Source: Gemmatimonadota bacterium (GTDB lineage Bacteria; Gemmatimonadota; Gemmatimonadetes; Longimicrobiales; Gaopeijiaceae). From it: 64,000 nucleotides of DNA. The DNA is taken from assembly GCA_034521595.1 (NCBI GenBank), contig JAXHMG010000003.1, positions 96,001-160,000 of the forward strand, in the 5' to 3' direction. Below are positions 29,985-39,181 of the stretch, piece by piece. How positions within the stretch are numbered: the stretch's first letter is position 1; every line of letters starts with the position of its first letter. Under the pieces are notes generated by a model, which made no database searches, had not been told where the DNA came from, and saw only the letters and a program-made list of their open reading frames with translations. The position numbers and the translations under genes were made by a program.

Positions 29985-30224
29985 TCAGTTGATGGTGTCG
30001 TGGGCCTGGGCGCGGGCGTTCGCGGCGTCCCGCGCACGGAGCGCCGCGCCGACCCCGCCCGCGCCGGGCACGGGGAGCTCGGCCGCGATGCTGTCCTTCT
30101 GGGCACGGGTGAGCGTGTCCGTGGCGCTCGCGGTTCCTTCCGGATCCTGCCCGCCACAGGCCTGCAACCCGAGCGTCAGGAACCCGCCGAGCACGGCCAC
30201 CCGGACCCACGCCCATCCCGTCAT
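29985..30224 (-). CDS. Small lipoprotein
   Basis: Lipobox LQAC; LTRAQKDSIAAELPVPGA.GV; ATGA overlap with the upstream gene. Confidence 0.65.
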   Translation of the reverse strand: MTGWAWVRVAVLGGFLTLGLQACGGQDPEGTASATDTLTRAQKDSIAAELPVPGAGGVGAALRARDAANARAQAHDTIN

Positions 30225-31051
30225 CTTCCCGCCTGTCGTTCCTTCCAGGCGTCGTAGCGCATGCGGAGCGTGCGCACGGGGTTCGCATCCTCGTGGGGCT
30301 CCGTGTTGTCCGGCCAGACGGCGAGGTAGAGGTGGTAGTCGCCGTTGTTGTACGGCGCCCGGAGGTCTTCCGGATGATTCACGTGGAAGCGCCCCATGGG
30401 ATCCTCGGGGTCCGCGGCGAGGATGTAAGCGACATGGGAGGTCTTCCCGGTGCACTGGGCGCCCGGGAGAGGCTCGCTCTCGCAGGTGCAGCGGGAATCA
30501 CCGCCGAGCGCGTCGGCTTCCTCCATCGCGGCCATGACCCGGTCCACCATGTCGAGGTCGCTTTCCTGCATGACGCGTGCGGCCTCGGTCAACGCCTCGT
30601 TGCTCGCAATGATGTTGCCCTGCACGGACCACAGAACGCCGCCCTCCGTCTCCCCCGACATGTTGAGCGCCACGTCCCGATTGTTGGAGCCCGTCCGGCC
30701 TGCGCTCCGTCCGAGCGCGTCCACGATGCCGAACTGCCGGCTTTCGATCGACGGGTCGGACTCGAGCATGCGTATGATCTGCTCGGGATGCGTGCGTTTT
30801 TGCATCTCTTCGAAAATGAGGCGGTGGTTGGCCTGCGTGCGGTCCACACCGGCCTGGGCGGCCGCCACGCCGATTCCGGGAATCACGATGGCCTGGAGCT
30901 GCATGAGCTGGTCGGGGCCCTGAGCAGCGCACGTGGCCGAAGAGATGACCACTCGCCCAGTCTCGAGATCCATTGCGATGATGGACCAGGTCGCGGAGGC
31001 GGACGAGGGGAGGACGAGCGCGAAGACGCAGGCCAGGAGGAGCTTCTTCAT
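30221..31051 (-). CDS. DUF1028-family (Ntn-hydrolase-like) secreted protein
   Basis: Signal peptide then TWSII, GVAAAQA, RQFGIVD, SVQGNI, GGDSR. Confidence 0.8.
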   Translation of the reverse strand: MKKLLLACVFALVLPSSASATWSIIAMDLETGRVVISSATCAAQGPDQLMQLQAIVIPGIGVAAAQAGVDRTQANHRLIFEEMQKRTHPEQIIRMLESDPSIESRQFGIVDALGRSAGRTGSNNRDVALNMSGETEGGVLWSVQGNIIASNEALTEAARVMQESDLDMVDRVMAAMEEADALGGDSRCTCESEPLPGAQCTGKTSHVAYILAADPEDPMGRFHVNHPEDLRAPYNNGDYHLYLAVWPDNTEPHEDANPVRTLRMRYDAWKERQAGR

Positions 31052-31144
31052 GTGGCGTATCCGGGGAGTGGGAGGAGGATCTACGACCAGGGTGCTCGTC
31101 GCGCGCGGGCGTGTCAATCAGAACCGTTCCGGGGATGAGAGCGT

Positions 31145-31630
31145 TCACGAGGGTGAGCCTCGGTTCCGGAGAAGTCGCGTCAGGGTCCGATCGAAGGCCG
31201 CCGCGAAGGCCTGCTTCTCCTTTTGGCCGTATGCGTTCGGGCCCCCGGTCTCGACCCCCGTCGCCCGGAGCCCGTCCATGAAGTCCCGGATGGAGAGCCG
31301 TTCGCCGATGTTGCTGGCCGTGTACTCTTCGCCCCGCGGATCGAGGGTCACGACACCCTTTTCGACGAGTCGAGCTGCCAGCGGGATGTCGGCCGTGATC
31401 GCCAGGTCGCCCGGAGCCGCCGCCTCGGCGATGTGGTCGTCCGCAGCGTCGGGGCCTCCCGCTACACGCTCCGCCGTGACGAACGGATTGTTGGCCGGGG
31501 TCTGGAGCCGCTGGTTCGCCACGAGCACGGCCGGAATCTCGAGGCGCAGCGAGGCCCGGGCGACGATGTCCTTCACATCGCCAGGTGCGGCGTCGGCGTC
31601 CACCCAGATGCGCAGGCCCGGTTCGTTCAT
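31145..31630 (-). CDS. yaiI: YaiI/YqxD-family protein (UPF0178)
   Basis: IWVDADAAP, GPDAADD.I, ITADIPLA, DPRGE. Confidence 0.88.
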   Translation of the reverse strand: MNEPGLRIWVDADAAPGDVKDIVARASLRLEIPAVLVANQRLQTPANNPFVTAERVAGGPDAADDHIAEAAAPGDLAITADIPLAARLVEKGVVTLDPRGEEYTASNIGERLSIRDFMDGLRATGVETGGPNAYGQKEKQAFAAAFDRTLTRLLRNRGSPS

Positions 31631-31844
31631 CGTCGTGGGGTTCCTTTGCAAACAAACAACGTAACGTGTTGGATTTCGGAGCATACGCTCACGCTCGTGT
31701 CCGATTTTCGCTACCTTTCAATGCTGCAGGATCTTCACATCGAGCCCCCGGTTCCGGGGCCTCCCCTGCACCCGACCCTGCGCCAGCTACCTGAGCCGGA
31801 TGTTCCGGCCGGCCCGCCGAGCGCTCACCGACCGGAATGTTCAT

Positions 31845-33170
31845 TTGGCTTTCTCCACACTCGAGTTGCACCCGGCCCTCATGCGAGGTGTCGACGACCT
31901 GGGCTTCACCAGCCCGACCCCCATCCAATCGGAAGCGATTCCGCATGCCATGAAGGGGCGGGACCTACTCGCCTGCGCGGCGACCGGGAGCGGCAAGACC
32001 GCGGCCTTCTTGCTTCCCATCCTCCATCAGCTCCTCGGTGCGTCCCGCGGAACCACGCGGGCGCTCGTCATGGCGCCCACGCGAGAGCTCGCGCTCCAGA
32101 TCGTGGCCGATTTCGAAGGCCTGGCGAAGCACACCGACCTCCGGGCGGCGGCCGTCTACGGCGGGGTGGGCATGAAGCCTCAGGAGCGGGCTTTTCGTGA
32201 CGGCGTGGACCTCATCGCGGCCACTCCGGGACGCCTCCTCGACCACTTCCAGTACGGCTACGCGAAGCTCACGGGCCTCGAGTACCTCGTCCTGGACGAG
32301 GCCGATCGAATGCTGGACATGGGGTTCTTGCCCGATATCCGCAGGGTGTTGAAGCACGTCCCGCGCCCGAAGCAGACGTTCTTCTTCAGCGCGACCATGC
32401 CGCCTCCCATCGAGTCCCTGACCCGCGAGATCCTGCGTGACCCCGCGCGGATCGCGCTGCAGCGCCGCGCCGCTCCCGCGGAAGGCGTCAAGCAGGCGGT
32501 GTATCCGGTCCCGCAGGACCTCAAAGGGGCTCTTCTGGTCGAGCTGCTCCAGAGCGACGTCGTGGATGACGCGCTCGTCTTCACCCGGACCAAGCACCGC
32601 GCGAACCGGCTGACCAAGGTGCTCGAGCGGAACGGCATCGCCGCCGAGCGGATTCACGGAAACCGGTCCCAGGCACAGCGGACGAAGGCGCTCGAAGGGT
32701 TCAAGACCGGACGGTACCGCGTTCTGGTCGCGACCGACATCGCCGCTCGGGGCATCGACGTCGAAGAGCTCGGCCACGTGGTGAACTTCGACTTGCCCGA
32801 GGTGCCCGAGGACTATATCCACCGCGTGGGCCGGACTGGACGCGCTGCCGCCACGGGTGACGCGGTCAGCCTCGTCTCTCCCGCCGAAGAGCAGGGGCTT
32901 TCGCGGATCGAGCGCGCGGTGGGCTCCAAGCTGCCGCGGTTGAAGGTGGACGGCTTTGCCTACGGTGCATCCGCGGACGAGCCGCTGGAGATTCCGCTCA
33001 AGCAGCGCCTCGCGGAGATGCGTGGGAAGAAGGCGGACGACCGTGCGAGATCGGCCGCCAAGAAGGAGTCCAATGGCTCGCGAAAGCAGGGATCGAACGG
33101 TTCGGGAGGGAGCGGAGGATCGAGCCGCGGCGGTAGGCGTCGAGGACGAGGCGGTCGGGGCCGGCGTTGA
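31845..33170 (+). CDS. rhlE: DEAD-box RNA helicase (RhlE-like)
   Basis: PTPIQ, ATGSGKT, PTRELA, TPGRL, DEAD, SAT, HRVGRTGR; RG-rich tail; start codon uncertain (TTG). Confidence 0.9.
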   Translation: MAFSTLELHPALMRGVDDLGFTSPTPIQSEAIPHAMKGRDLLACAATGSGKTAAFLLPILHQLLGASRGTTRALVMAPTRELALQIVADFEGLAKHTDLRAAAVYGGVGMKPQERAFRDGVDLIAATPGRLLDHFQYGYAKLTGLEYLVLDEADRMLDMGFLPDIRRVLKHVPRPKQTFFFSATMPPPIESLTREILRDPARIALQRRAAPAEGVKQAVYPVPQDLKGALLVELLQSDVVDDALVFTRTKHRANRLTKVLERNGIAAERIHGNRSQAQRTKALEGFKTGRYRVLVATDIAARGIDVEELGHVVNFDLPEVPEDYIHRVGRTGRAAATGDAVSLVSPAEEQGLSRIERAVGSKLPRLKVDGFAYGASADEPLEIPLKQRLAEMRGKKADDRARSAAKKESNGSRKQGSNGSGGSGGSSRGGRRRGRGGRGRR

Positions 33171-33186
33171 GCGTCGGTTCCGCGCC

Positions 33187-33215
33187 TTGACATCCGCGCG
33201 GGCCGGGTGTCTAAT
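33187..33215 (+). promoter_or_regulatory. Sigma70-type promoter of the ilvE leader
   Basis: TTGACA-17 nt-TCTAAT. Confidence 0.65.
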
Positions 33216-33287
33216 CCGGGCTCGAGCGTGCCTCGGACGAGGAAGCGACGAATGCGTGACGTGACCGCCGTGCAGCTCAGGAGCCTT

Positions 33288-33377
33288 ATGAGCGGCCTCG
33301 GCCTCATGCGGAGCGAGCTCGTAGTAGTGGAGTTCATCCGTGAGGGGAGGGGTCGCCGCGGGGGCGTGCGCGTGTAA
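33288..33377 (+). CDS. Branched-chain amino acid attenuator leader peptide
   Basis: MSGLGLMRSELVVVEFIREGRGRRGGVRV* with a CTC GTA GTA GTG..ATC control-codon cluster; in-frame alternative ATGs at 33252 and 33306. Confidence 0.7.
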   Translation: MSGLGLMRSELVVVEFIREGRGRRGGVRV

Positions 33378-33445
33378 TCGCAACACCACACCTCGGACAG
33401 CCGGCGAAACCGGGACCCCTCTTCTGTGGAGGGGTCCCGTTTTTT
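33342..33445 (+). promoter_or_regulatory. Transcription attenuator (antiterminator/terminator) upstream of ilvE
   Basis: Terminator CGGGACCCCTC/GAGGGGTCCCG + T6 (33411-33445); GAGGGGAGGGGTC (33342-33354) can pair with the terminator 5' arm GACCCCTCTTCT. Confidence 0.8.
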
Positions 33446-33463
33446 CACCATGGGAGACCCATC

Positions 33464-34312
33464 ATGACAGCATCCTGGACGTTCTTCGACGACGAATGGA
33501 AGTCGGGCAACGTGCCCCTCATCGGTTCCATGACCCAGGCGGTGTGGCTCTCGTCGATCGTGTTCGACGGAGCGCGGGCCTTCGATGGGCTCGCTCCCGA
33601 CCTCGACCTGCACGCCGCGCGTGCCATTGACTCGGCTCGCAAGATGGGACTCGAGCCGCGGGAAGATGTCGACGAGATCGTGCGGCGCTGCGAGGAAGGC
33701 GTGAGGAAGTTCGGGTCCGATGCGGCACTCTATATTCGCCCGATGTTCTTCGGCGAGGGCGGCTTCATCATCCCCGAGCCCGACAGCGCCCGCTTCGCTC
33801 TGGTGATCCACGAGCTTCCGATGCCGGCGGCGTCGGGCTTCAGCGCCTGCCTTTCCAAGTACCGGAGGCCCTCGCCCGAAACCGCGGTGACGGATGCGAA
33901 GGCGTCGGCACTCTACCCGAACGTGGCAAGGGCGCTCGCCGCGGCCCGGGCCCGGGGGTTCGACAATGCGGTCAAGTTGGACCTGAACGGGAACGTCGCC
34001 GAGTTCGCGACATCCAACCTCTTCATGGTCAAGGACGGCGTTGCGCACACACCCACTCCGAACGGCACGTTTCTGAACGGGATCACGAAGCAACGCGTGA
34101 CGAACCTTCTCCGCGAGGACGGGGTCGAGGTCGTGGAGCGCCGCGTCACCTGGAACGACCTCGTGGACGCGGACGAAGTCTTCAGCACCGGCAACCACGG
34201 GAAGGTGGTTCCCTGCGTGCGGCTCGAAGACCGCGAGGTCGGCCGCGGGAAGGTCGGCGAGCGGGCGCGGAAGCTGTACTTCGAGTTCGCGAAGGAGCAT
34301 CCGGTCAGGTGA
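33464..34312 (+). CDS. ilvE: Branched-chain amino acid aminotransferase (PLP class IV)
   Basis: FDGARAF, LYIRPM, AKASALYPN, EFATSNLF, FLNGITKQRV, EVFSTGN. Confidence 0.88.
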   Translation: MTASWTFFDDEWKSGNVPLIGSMTQAVWLSSIVFDGARAFDGLAPDLDLHAARAIDSARKMGLEPREDVDEIVRRCEEGVRKFGSDAALYIRPMFFGEGGFIIPEPDSARFALVIHELPMPAASGFSACLSKYRRPSPETAVTDAKASALYPNVARALAAARARGFDNAVKLDLNGNVAEFATSNLFMVKDGVAHTPTPNGTFLNGITKQRVTNLLREDGVEVVERRVTWNDLVDADEVFSTGNHGKVVPCVRLEDREVGRGKVGERARKLYFEFAKEHPVR

Positions 34313-34482
34313 GTGGATGCGGAGGGGCGTATGGGCCCGTGCTGCGCTGTCCCGGCCCTGGTGCCGGGGAGCCCGTGTTGGAAGATTAAAGGGGCGGACG
34401 CGTCTCGAGTTGACCGCTTCGCGCGTGAGCGACGCGGACCGGAGGAACTACCACGGGCTGTTACGCCCAGAGGGTTGCAATC

Positions 34483-35094
34483 ATGACGGAGAAAGGTCGG
34501 GCACGCCGCGCTACCATGATCGCGGCGACGGTCGTCTTATGCGCCTGCATCCCCGCAGCATCGGATGCGCAGGATCGCATCGAGCCCGCGGATTCGCTGC
34601 TCCAGATCCAGTCCATCTCCCCGCGGAGCGGGCCGGTCGGCACCGAGGTCGAAGTGTATACGGACAACATGCCGCTCGAGGCGAGGTTCCACATCGGCGT
34701 GGGAGCGACGCGGTCGGGGTTCGAGTCACTGTACGAGGCAGACCAGGTCGCGCTCGGAGAGATCACGGTCACGCTCCCGATTCCGGAAGCGGTGAGCTCC
34801 GAACGCCCCGTCGTGTTCGTGGCGTTCAACGCCGTGTTCAGCCCTATCGCGATGTCCAGGCCGTTTCACGTCACCGACGAGCAGGGGCGCATGTACCGCA
34901 CCGGGGAGGTCGGTTCGGTCGACGGGTCGTGCGTGACGTTCCAGGACGCGGACGGCTACGCGTACGAGCTCGTCGGCCGGACCGATGCGCTCGCGCCGGG
35001 TGACTCGGTGGTCCTCGAAGCCGAGTACGTCGGGGAGAGCGACTGTGTGGACGGCGCGGAGATCCGGGTCGTGGAGGTTCGTCCGAAGGGCTGA
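34483..35094 (+). CDS. Hypothetical secreted protein (Ig-like domain plus small beta domain)
   Basis: Signal peptide; ISPRSGPVGTEV pattern; C-terminal Cys pair. Confidence 0.6.
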   Translation: MTEKGRARRATMIAATVVLCACIPAASDAQDRIEPADSLLQIQSISPRSGPVGTEVEVYTDNMPLEARFHIGVGATRSGFESLYEADQVALGEITVTLPIPEAVSSERPVVFVAFNAVFSPIAMSRPFHVTDEQGRMYRTGEVGSVDGSCVTFQDADGYAYELVGRTDALAPGDSVVLEAEYVGESDCVDGAEIRVVEVRPKG

Positions 35095-35115
35095 GGCACC
35101 GGGCCGCCGAAGCCG

Positions 35116-36870
35116 TCAGTTCGTGCTCGCGATCGCGCTCCGGATCGCGTCGGACGTCACGGACGCCCGGAAGTCCACGATCTCACGAGCCAGCTCCAGG
35201 GCCTCTTCCCGATCGGCGATCGAGAAGCCGTTGATGTGCGCCTGCCGGGTTCGGAGTCGTTCTTCGTAGCGCACCGAGCGCGGATCTTCGAAGAACATGT
35301 TGAGCGTGATGACCGGGTCGTCGTGCAGGTCGTCGCTCTCCCCCGGCACGAGCCCGTGGTCCCGCATGTGCTCGGAGACGGAGCCGTAGTCGTAGTATTC
35401 GGGAATGTAGTGTGCGGACGCGCTTCCACCCCAGGCCCCGTCGAGCCGCGTCGCGACGTTTTCCATCCCGCGCTGGTTGCCGCCGCTGTCCCCGATGAAG
35501 ACGACGTGCTCGAAGCCGTGTGCCTGAAGACTGTTGGCCATGTCGGTCAGCACCGCTTCGAACGTCTCCTGCCGCAGGCTGATCGTGCCCGGGCTCGTCA
35601 TGTGGCCCGTCGGAGGCTCGATGCCGCCTTCCGGAACGAACGCGAGCACCGGCGCGCACAGCGCGTTCTCGAGAGTGCGCGCGACCGCTTCACAGTTGGC
35701 TCGGAGCACGTAGTTGTGCTTCCCGGTGACGAGCCAGGGACCGTTGGGCTCCAGGCCCCCCGTCGGGATGATGGCCGTCGTGCGTCCGTCGGCCAGCGCG
35801 TCGCGCACGTCCATCCAGGTCATCTCCTCGATCCAGACGGTGTTGGCTTCCGGAAGGGGGTTCGGGGTGTCGTCACAGTTGTACTCGTTGACCGCACAGT
35901 TTCCGCCGCCCATGCTGCGCGGATCGGGCTCCGGTCGCGGGCCTCCTCCTCCGGTGGACCGACGGCGCTCCGGAGCCGGGAGCGTCCCACGGTGCGCGAC
36001 GGCCGTGCGGATCGCTTTCGATGTCTCAGCCGCTCGGAAATCCACGATCTCGCGCCCCCACTCGAGCGCCTGGACCCGGTCGGCGAGGGACACGCCGTTG
36101 ATGGTGGCGAGCCCCGCCTCGACCCGCTCGTCGTAGCGGATCGACGCCGGGTCCGCTACGAGCATGTTCAGGCTGATGATGGGGTCGTCGTGCAGGCCGT
36201 CGCTCTCGCCCTGCTCGAATCCCCGAAACGCCATGTACCGGTCCACGGTCCCGTAGTCGTAGTACTCCTGGACATGCGCCACCACCGTGCCGTCCCACAT
36301 CTCGTTGAGCCGTTCGGCGACCGCCCGCTGGCCCGCTTGGTTTCCGCCGCTGTCCCCGATGAAGATGATGTTGCGGAACCCGTGCGCCTTCAGGCTGCGC
36401 GCGATGTCGGTGAGGAGCGCCTCGAAGGTCTCTCGTGTGGCGCTCAGGGTCCCGGGACTCGTCATGTGTCCGCTCGGCGGGTCGATCGACCCTTCGGGCA
36501 CGAGTTTCACCACCGGCGCACAGAGGGCGTCGCCCAACCGTCTCGCGATCGCGTCGCAGTTGGCGCGCAGCACGTAGTTGTGCTTGCCCGTGGCGAGCCA
36601 GGGGCCGTTCGGTTCCACTCCTCCGGTCGGGATGATGGCCGTGGTCTTGCCCTCGTGCAGCGCGTCGCGCACGTCCATCCAGGTCATCTCCTCGATCCAC
36701 ACCGTGTTGGCGTCCGGAAGAGGATTCGGCGTGCCCGCGCAGTTATAGGGGCTCTCTTCGCAGTCGCCGCCTCCCATGGATCGGGAGACGTCGGCGTCTT
36801 GTGCCGAGAGCGGGCTGCTCGCGAGCGCGATCGCGGCCAGGAGCGTGCCACGGGTTCGTGGTGGGTGCAT
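35116..36870 (-). CDS. Secreted creatininase-family protein with two tandem creatininase domains
   Basis: WIEEMTWMDVRDAL..G.TTAIIPTGG.EPNGPW..TGKH and FIGDSGGNQ each occur twice; signal peptide. Confidence 0.85.
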   Translation of the reverse strand: MHPPRTRGTLLAAIALASSPLSAQDADVSRSMGGGDCEESPYNCAGTPNPLPDANTVWIEEMTWMDVRDALHEGKTTAIIPTGGVEPNGPWLATGKHNYVLRANCDAIARRLGDALCAPVVKLVPEGSIDPPSGHMTSPGTLSATRETFEALLTDIARSLKAHGFRNIIFIGDSGGNQAGQRAVAERLNEMWDGTVVAHVQEYYDYGTVDRYMAFRGFEQGESDGLHDDPIISLNMLVADPASIRYDERVEAGLATINGVSLADRVQALEWGREIVDFRAAETSKAIRTAVAHRGTLPAPERRRSTGGGGPRPEPDPRSMGGGNCAVNEYNCDDTPNPLPEANTVWIEEMTWMDVRDALADGRTTAIIPTGGLEPNGPWLVTGKHNYVLRANCEAVARTLENALCAPVLAFVPEGGIEPPTGHMTSPGTISLRQETFEAVLTDMANSLQAHGFEHVVFIGDSGGNQRGMENVATRLDGAWGGSASAHYIPEYYDYGSVSEHMRDHGLVPGESDDLHDDPVITLNMFFEDPRSVRYEERLRTRQAHINGFSIADREEALELAREIVDFRASVTSDAIRSAIASTN

Positions 36871-37088
36871 CGATCGGTCTCCCGCCGAGTGGAGGGGGCA
36901 GGGTGGCCGGGTTCGGTTCCGGACTCCTGTTCGGAGCACAATGGAGGGCGAGCGAGCGTCCCGCCAGAGGGGCACCGCTTCGACGCGCTTTCATACCCGA
37001 CCGGGAGGCGACCTCCGGTGCGAAGGAGGGGTAGCAAAGCGCAAAGGGCGTCCCCGAGAGTTGGCCCCACTTCCGGTCCGGAGTCACC

Positions 37089-38273
37089 ATGAAACCATGC
37101 CGTGCGGGCGTGCTGCGTTCGCTCACGCTCTCCTGTGGCCTTTTGTTGAGCGCCGGGCTGCTTCCGTCCTGGACTTCCGCGCAAGCGCTCACGCCCGCAG
37201 ACTCCGCGGCCGTGCTCTTCGAGGTGGCGCGGGAGTTCGATGAGGACGGTCGGAGCGAGGTCGCCGCGGCCCTCTACGAGCTGGTGTCGGAGCGATTCCC
37301 CGAGACACCGTCGGGAGCCCGAGCCCGGGCGGTCCTCGATGCTTGGCGGGGCACGCGGTCCGAGCGTAGCGGACGGGTCGAGCTCCAAGTTTGGAGCACC
37401 TTGTACGGTCTGTGGCTCGGCGTAGCGGTCCCCACGGCCCTCGGTGCCACGGACTCCGAGGCATACGGCGCGGGGATTCTCCTCGGGGCCCCGGCGGGAT
37501 TTCTGGTCGCACGCGCACACACCCGGTCCCGGGAGCTGTCGGAAGGTCAGACCCGTGCCATCACCTGGGGCGGAACGTGGGGGACGTGGCAGGGGCTCGG
37601 GTGGGCGAGCGTCCTCGATCTCGGTCAGGAGCAGGTCTGTGAGCGAGACTTCTGCTACGAAACCGGCGATCCGACGGAGGCTCGGTTCGCGTCCATGATC
37701 GCAGGTGGCCTCGCAGGGGGGCTCACGGGCGGATGGCTGTCCCGCCGTGACATCGACGCCGGCGTGGCCAGTGGTGCGCACTACGGTTCGCTGTGGGGAT
37801 CCTGGCTCGGGGTGGCGGGTGGTGTCCTGGGAGATCTCGAGAACGATGATCTGATGGCCGCGACCCTCCTCGCCGGGAACGCCGGGTTGGTGGGCGGGGC
37901 GCATCTCGCTGGACGACACGGCCTGAGCCGCAACCGCGTCCGGCTCATCAGCCTGGGTGGGTTGCTCGGCGGGCTGGCAGGCGTGGGCGTGGATCTGCTC
38001 GTGCAGCCCGACGACGAAAAGGTCGTGATCGGGATCCCACTCGTTCTGAGCGGCGCCGGTCTCACCGCGGCGACCTATATGACGCGCGACGAAGATGTCC
38101 GTTCGGGGGGAACGGGCGGTGGGGCGGGGCATGCGCTCTTGCGCTTCGACAGGGACGGATGGTCCGCCGACGTGCCCGTGCCCTCACCCACCTTGCTCCG
38201 GGCGTTGGATCCCAATGGCCGTGAGGTTTGGCGGCCGGGCTTGAAGATCGCGCTCCTGCACGGGACGTTCTGA
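37089..38273 (+). CDS. Gly-rich membrane protein with an N-terminal TPR-like repeat
   Basis: Signal peptide; A.ALY..V.ERFPETP; many GxxxG hydrophobic segments. Confidence 0.65.
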   Translation: MKPCRAGVLRSLTLSCGLLLSAGLLPSWTSAQALTPADSAAVLFEVAREFDEDGRSEVAAALYELVSERFPETPSGARARAVLDAWRGTRSERSGRVELQVWSTLYGLWLGVAVPTALGATDSEAYGAGILLGAPAGFLVARAHTRSRELSEGQTRAITWGGTWGTWQGLGWASVLDLGQEQVCERDFCYETGDPTEARFASMIAGGLAGGLTGGWLSRRDIDAGVASGAHYGSLWGSWLGVAGGVLGDLENDDLMAATLLAGNAGLVGGAHLAGRHGLSRNRVRLISLGGLLGGLAGVGVDLLVQPDDEKVVIGIPLVLSGAGLTAATYMTRDEDVRSGGTGGGAGHALLRFDRDGWSADVPVPSPTLLRALDPNGREVWRPGLKIALLHGTF

Positions 38274-38296
38274 GGCGGGGTCGTCCGGCGGGACGC

Positions 38297-39181
38297 TCAA
38301 CCTTCCAAGAGCCTGGCGTATCCCTCTCGAAAGGTGGGGTAACGGAAGTCGTAGCCGGCCTCCACCAGTCGATCGCTGGAGCAGCGCTTGTTGGTTCGGT
38401 TCCGTCGCGACGGTGCGGAATCCCTCTCGGCGGTCATGGCGGTCGGGTCGCACGGGTCGGGCACGCCCAGGCGTTCCGCGAGCCAGGAGTACACGGCGCG
38501 GAGGGGCGCCGGATCGCGGTCGACGCCCAGATAGAGCGCGTCGGGATTCGGGAGTGAGAGCAGGTGCCGAGCCGCGCCCGCCGCGTCCGTGCGGTGGATG
38601 CGGTTGGTGTATCGATCGGGCTCGGGGCAGTTCGCCTCACCGCTGCGAACACGGCGGATGATCCGGTCGCGTCCGGGGCCGTAGATGCCTCCGAGCCTGA
38701 GGACGATGCCGGGGCTCCCGAGCGTGGTGGCCAAGCGCTCGCCTTCGAGGAGCGCCGCGCCTTTGGCGTCGGCCGGATGGGGCGGAGTGTCCTCCTTCAC
38801 CCATCCCCCGCCCGCCTCGCCGTACACGCCCGTGCTGGAGATCAGCACGAGCCGTCCCTCGTACGACCGTCCATCGCCGGCGGCCGCGCGCACCACGTGC
38901 TCGAGCCCGGTTACATAGGCGTCGCGGTACGCTTCCTCTTCGCGCCCGGCCGGAGCTACCGCGTAGACGATCGCGTCCGGCTCGGGCACGATGCCGTCGA
39001 GGGTCGCGGGGTCGGTCACGTCGCCTCCGACAGGGCGCACGCCGGGCGGCAGCGTTTCGACCTGCCGCCGCAGGCCCCATACCGTGCATCCGTCCTCGAT
39101 CAGCATATGCGCAAGCACCGAGCCCACGTAGCCGCATCCGGCGATCAGCACCGACCGCGGTGCCTCCCTTCGTTCGCTCAA
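38297..39181 (-). CDS. NAD-dependent epimerase/SDR-family oxidoreductase (YeeZ-like)
   Basis: VLIAGCGYVG, ISSTGVYG, LRLGGIYGPGR, NRIHR.DAA, YPTFREG; start uncertain. Confidence 0.85.
   Translation of the reverse strand: MSERREAPRSVLIAGCGYVGSVLAHMLIEDGCTVWGLRRQVETLPPGVRPVGGDVTDPATLDGIVPEPDAIVYAVAPAGREEEAYRDAYVTGLEHVVRAAAGDGRSYEGRLVLISSTGVYGEAGGGWVKEDTPPHPADAKGAALLEGERLATTLGSPGIVLRLGGIYGPGRDRIIRRVRSGEANCPEPDRYTNRIHRTDAAGAARHLLSLPNPDALYLGVDRDPAPLRAVYSWLAERLGVPDPCDPTAMTAERDSAPSRRNRTNKRCSSDRLVEAGYDFRYPTFREGYARLLEG

Noticed and set aside
33245-33256. 12-nt match GCGACGAATGCG to arm 1 of the repeat element
   Set aside because: Too short; the flanking stems and TIR are absent, so likely chance
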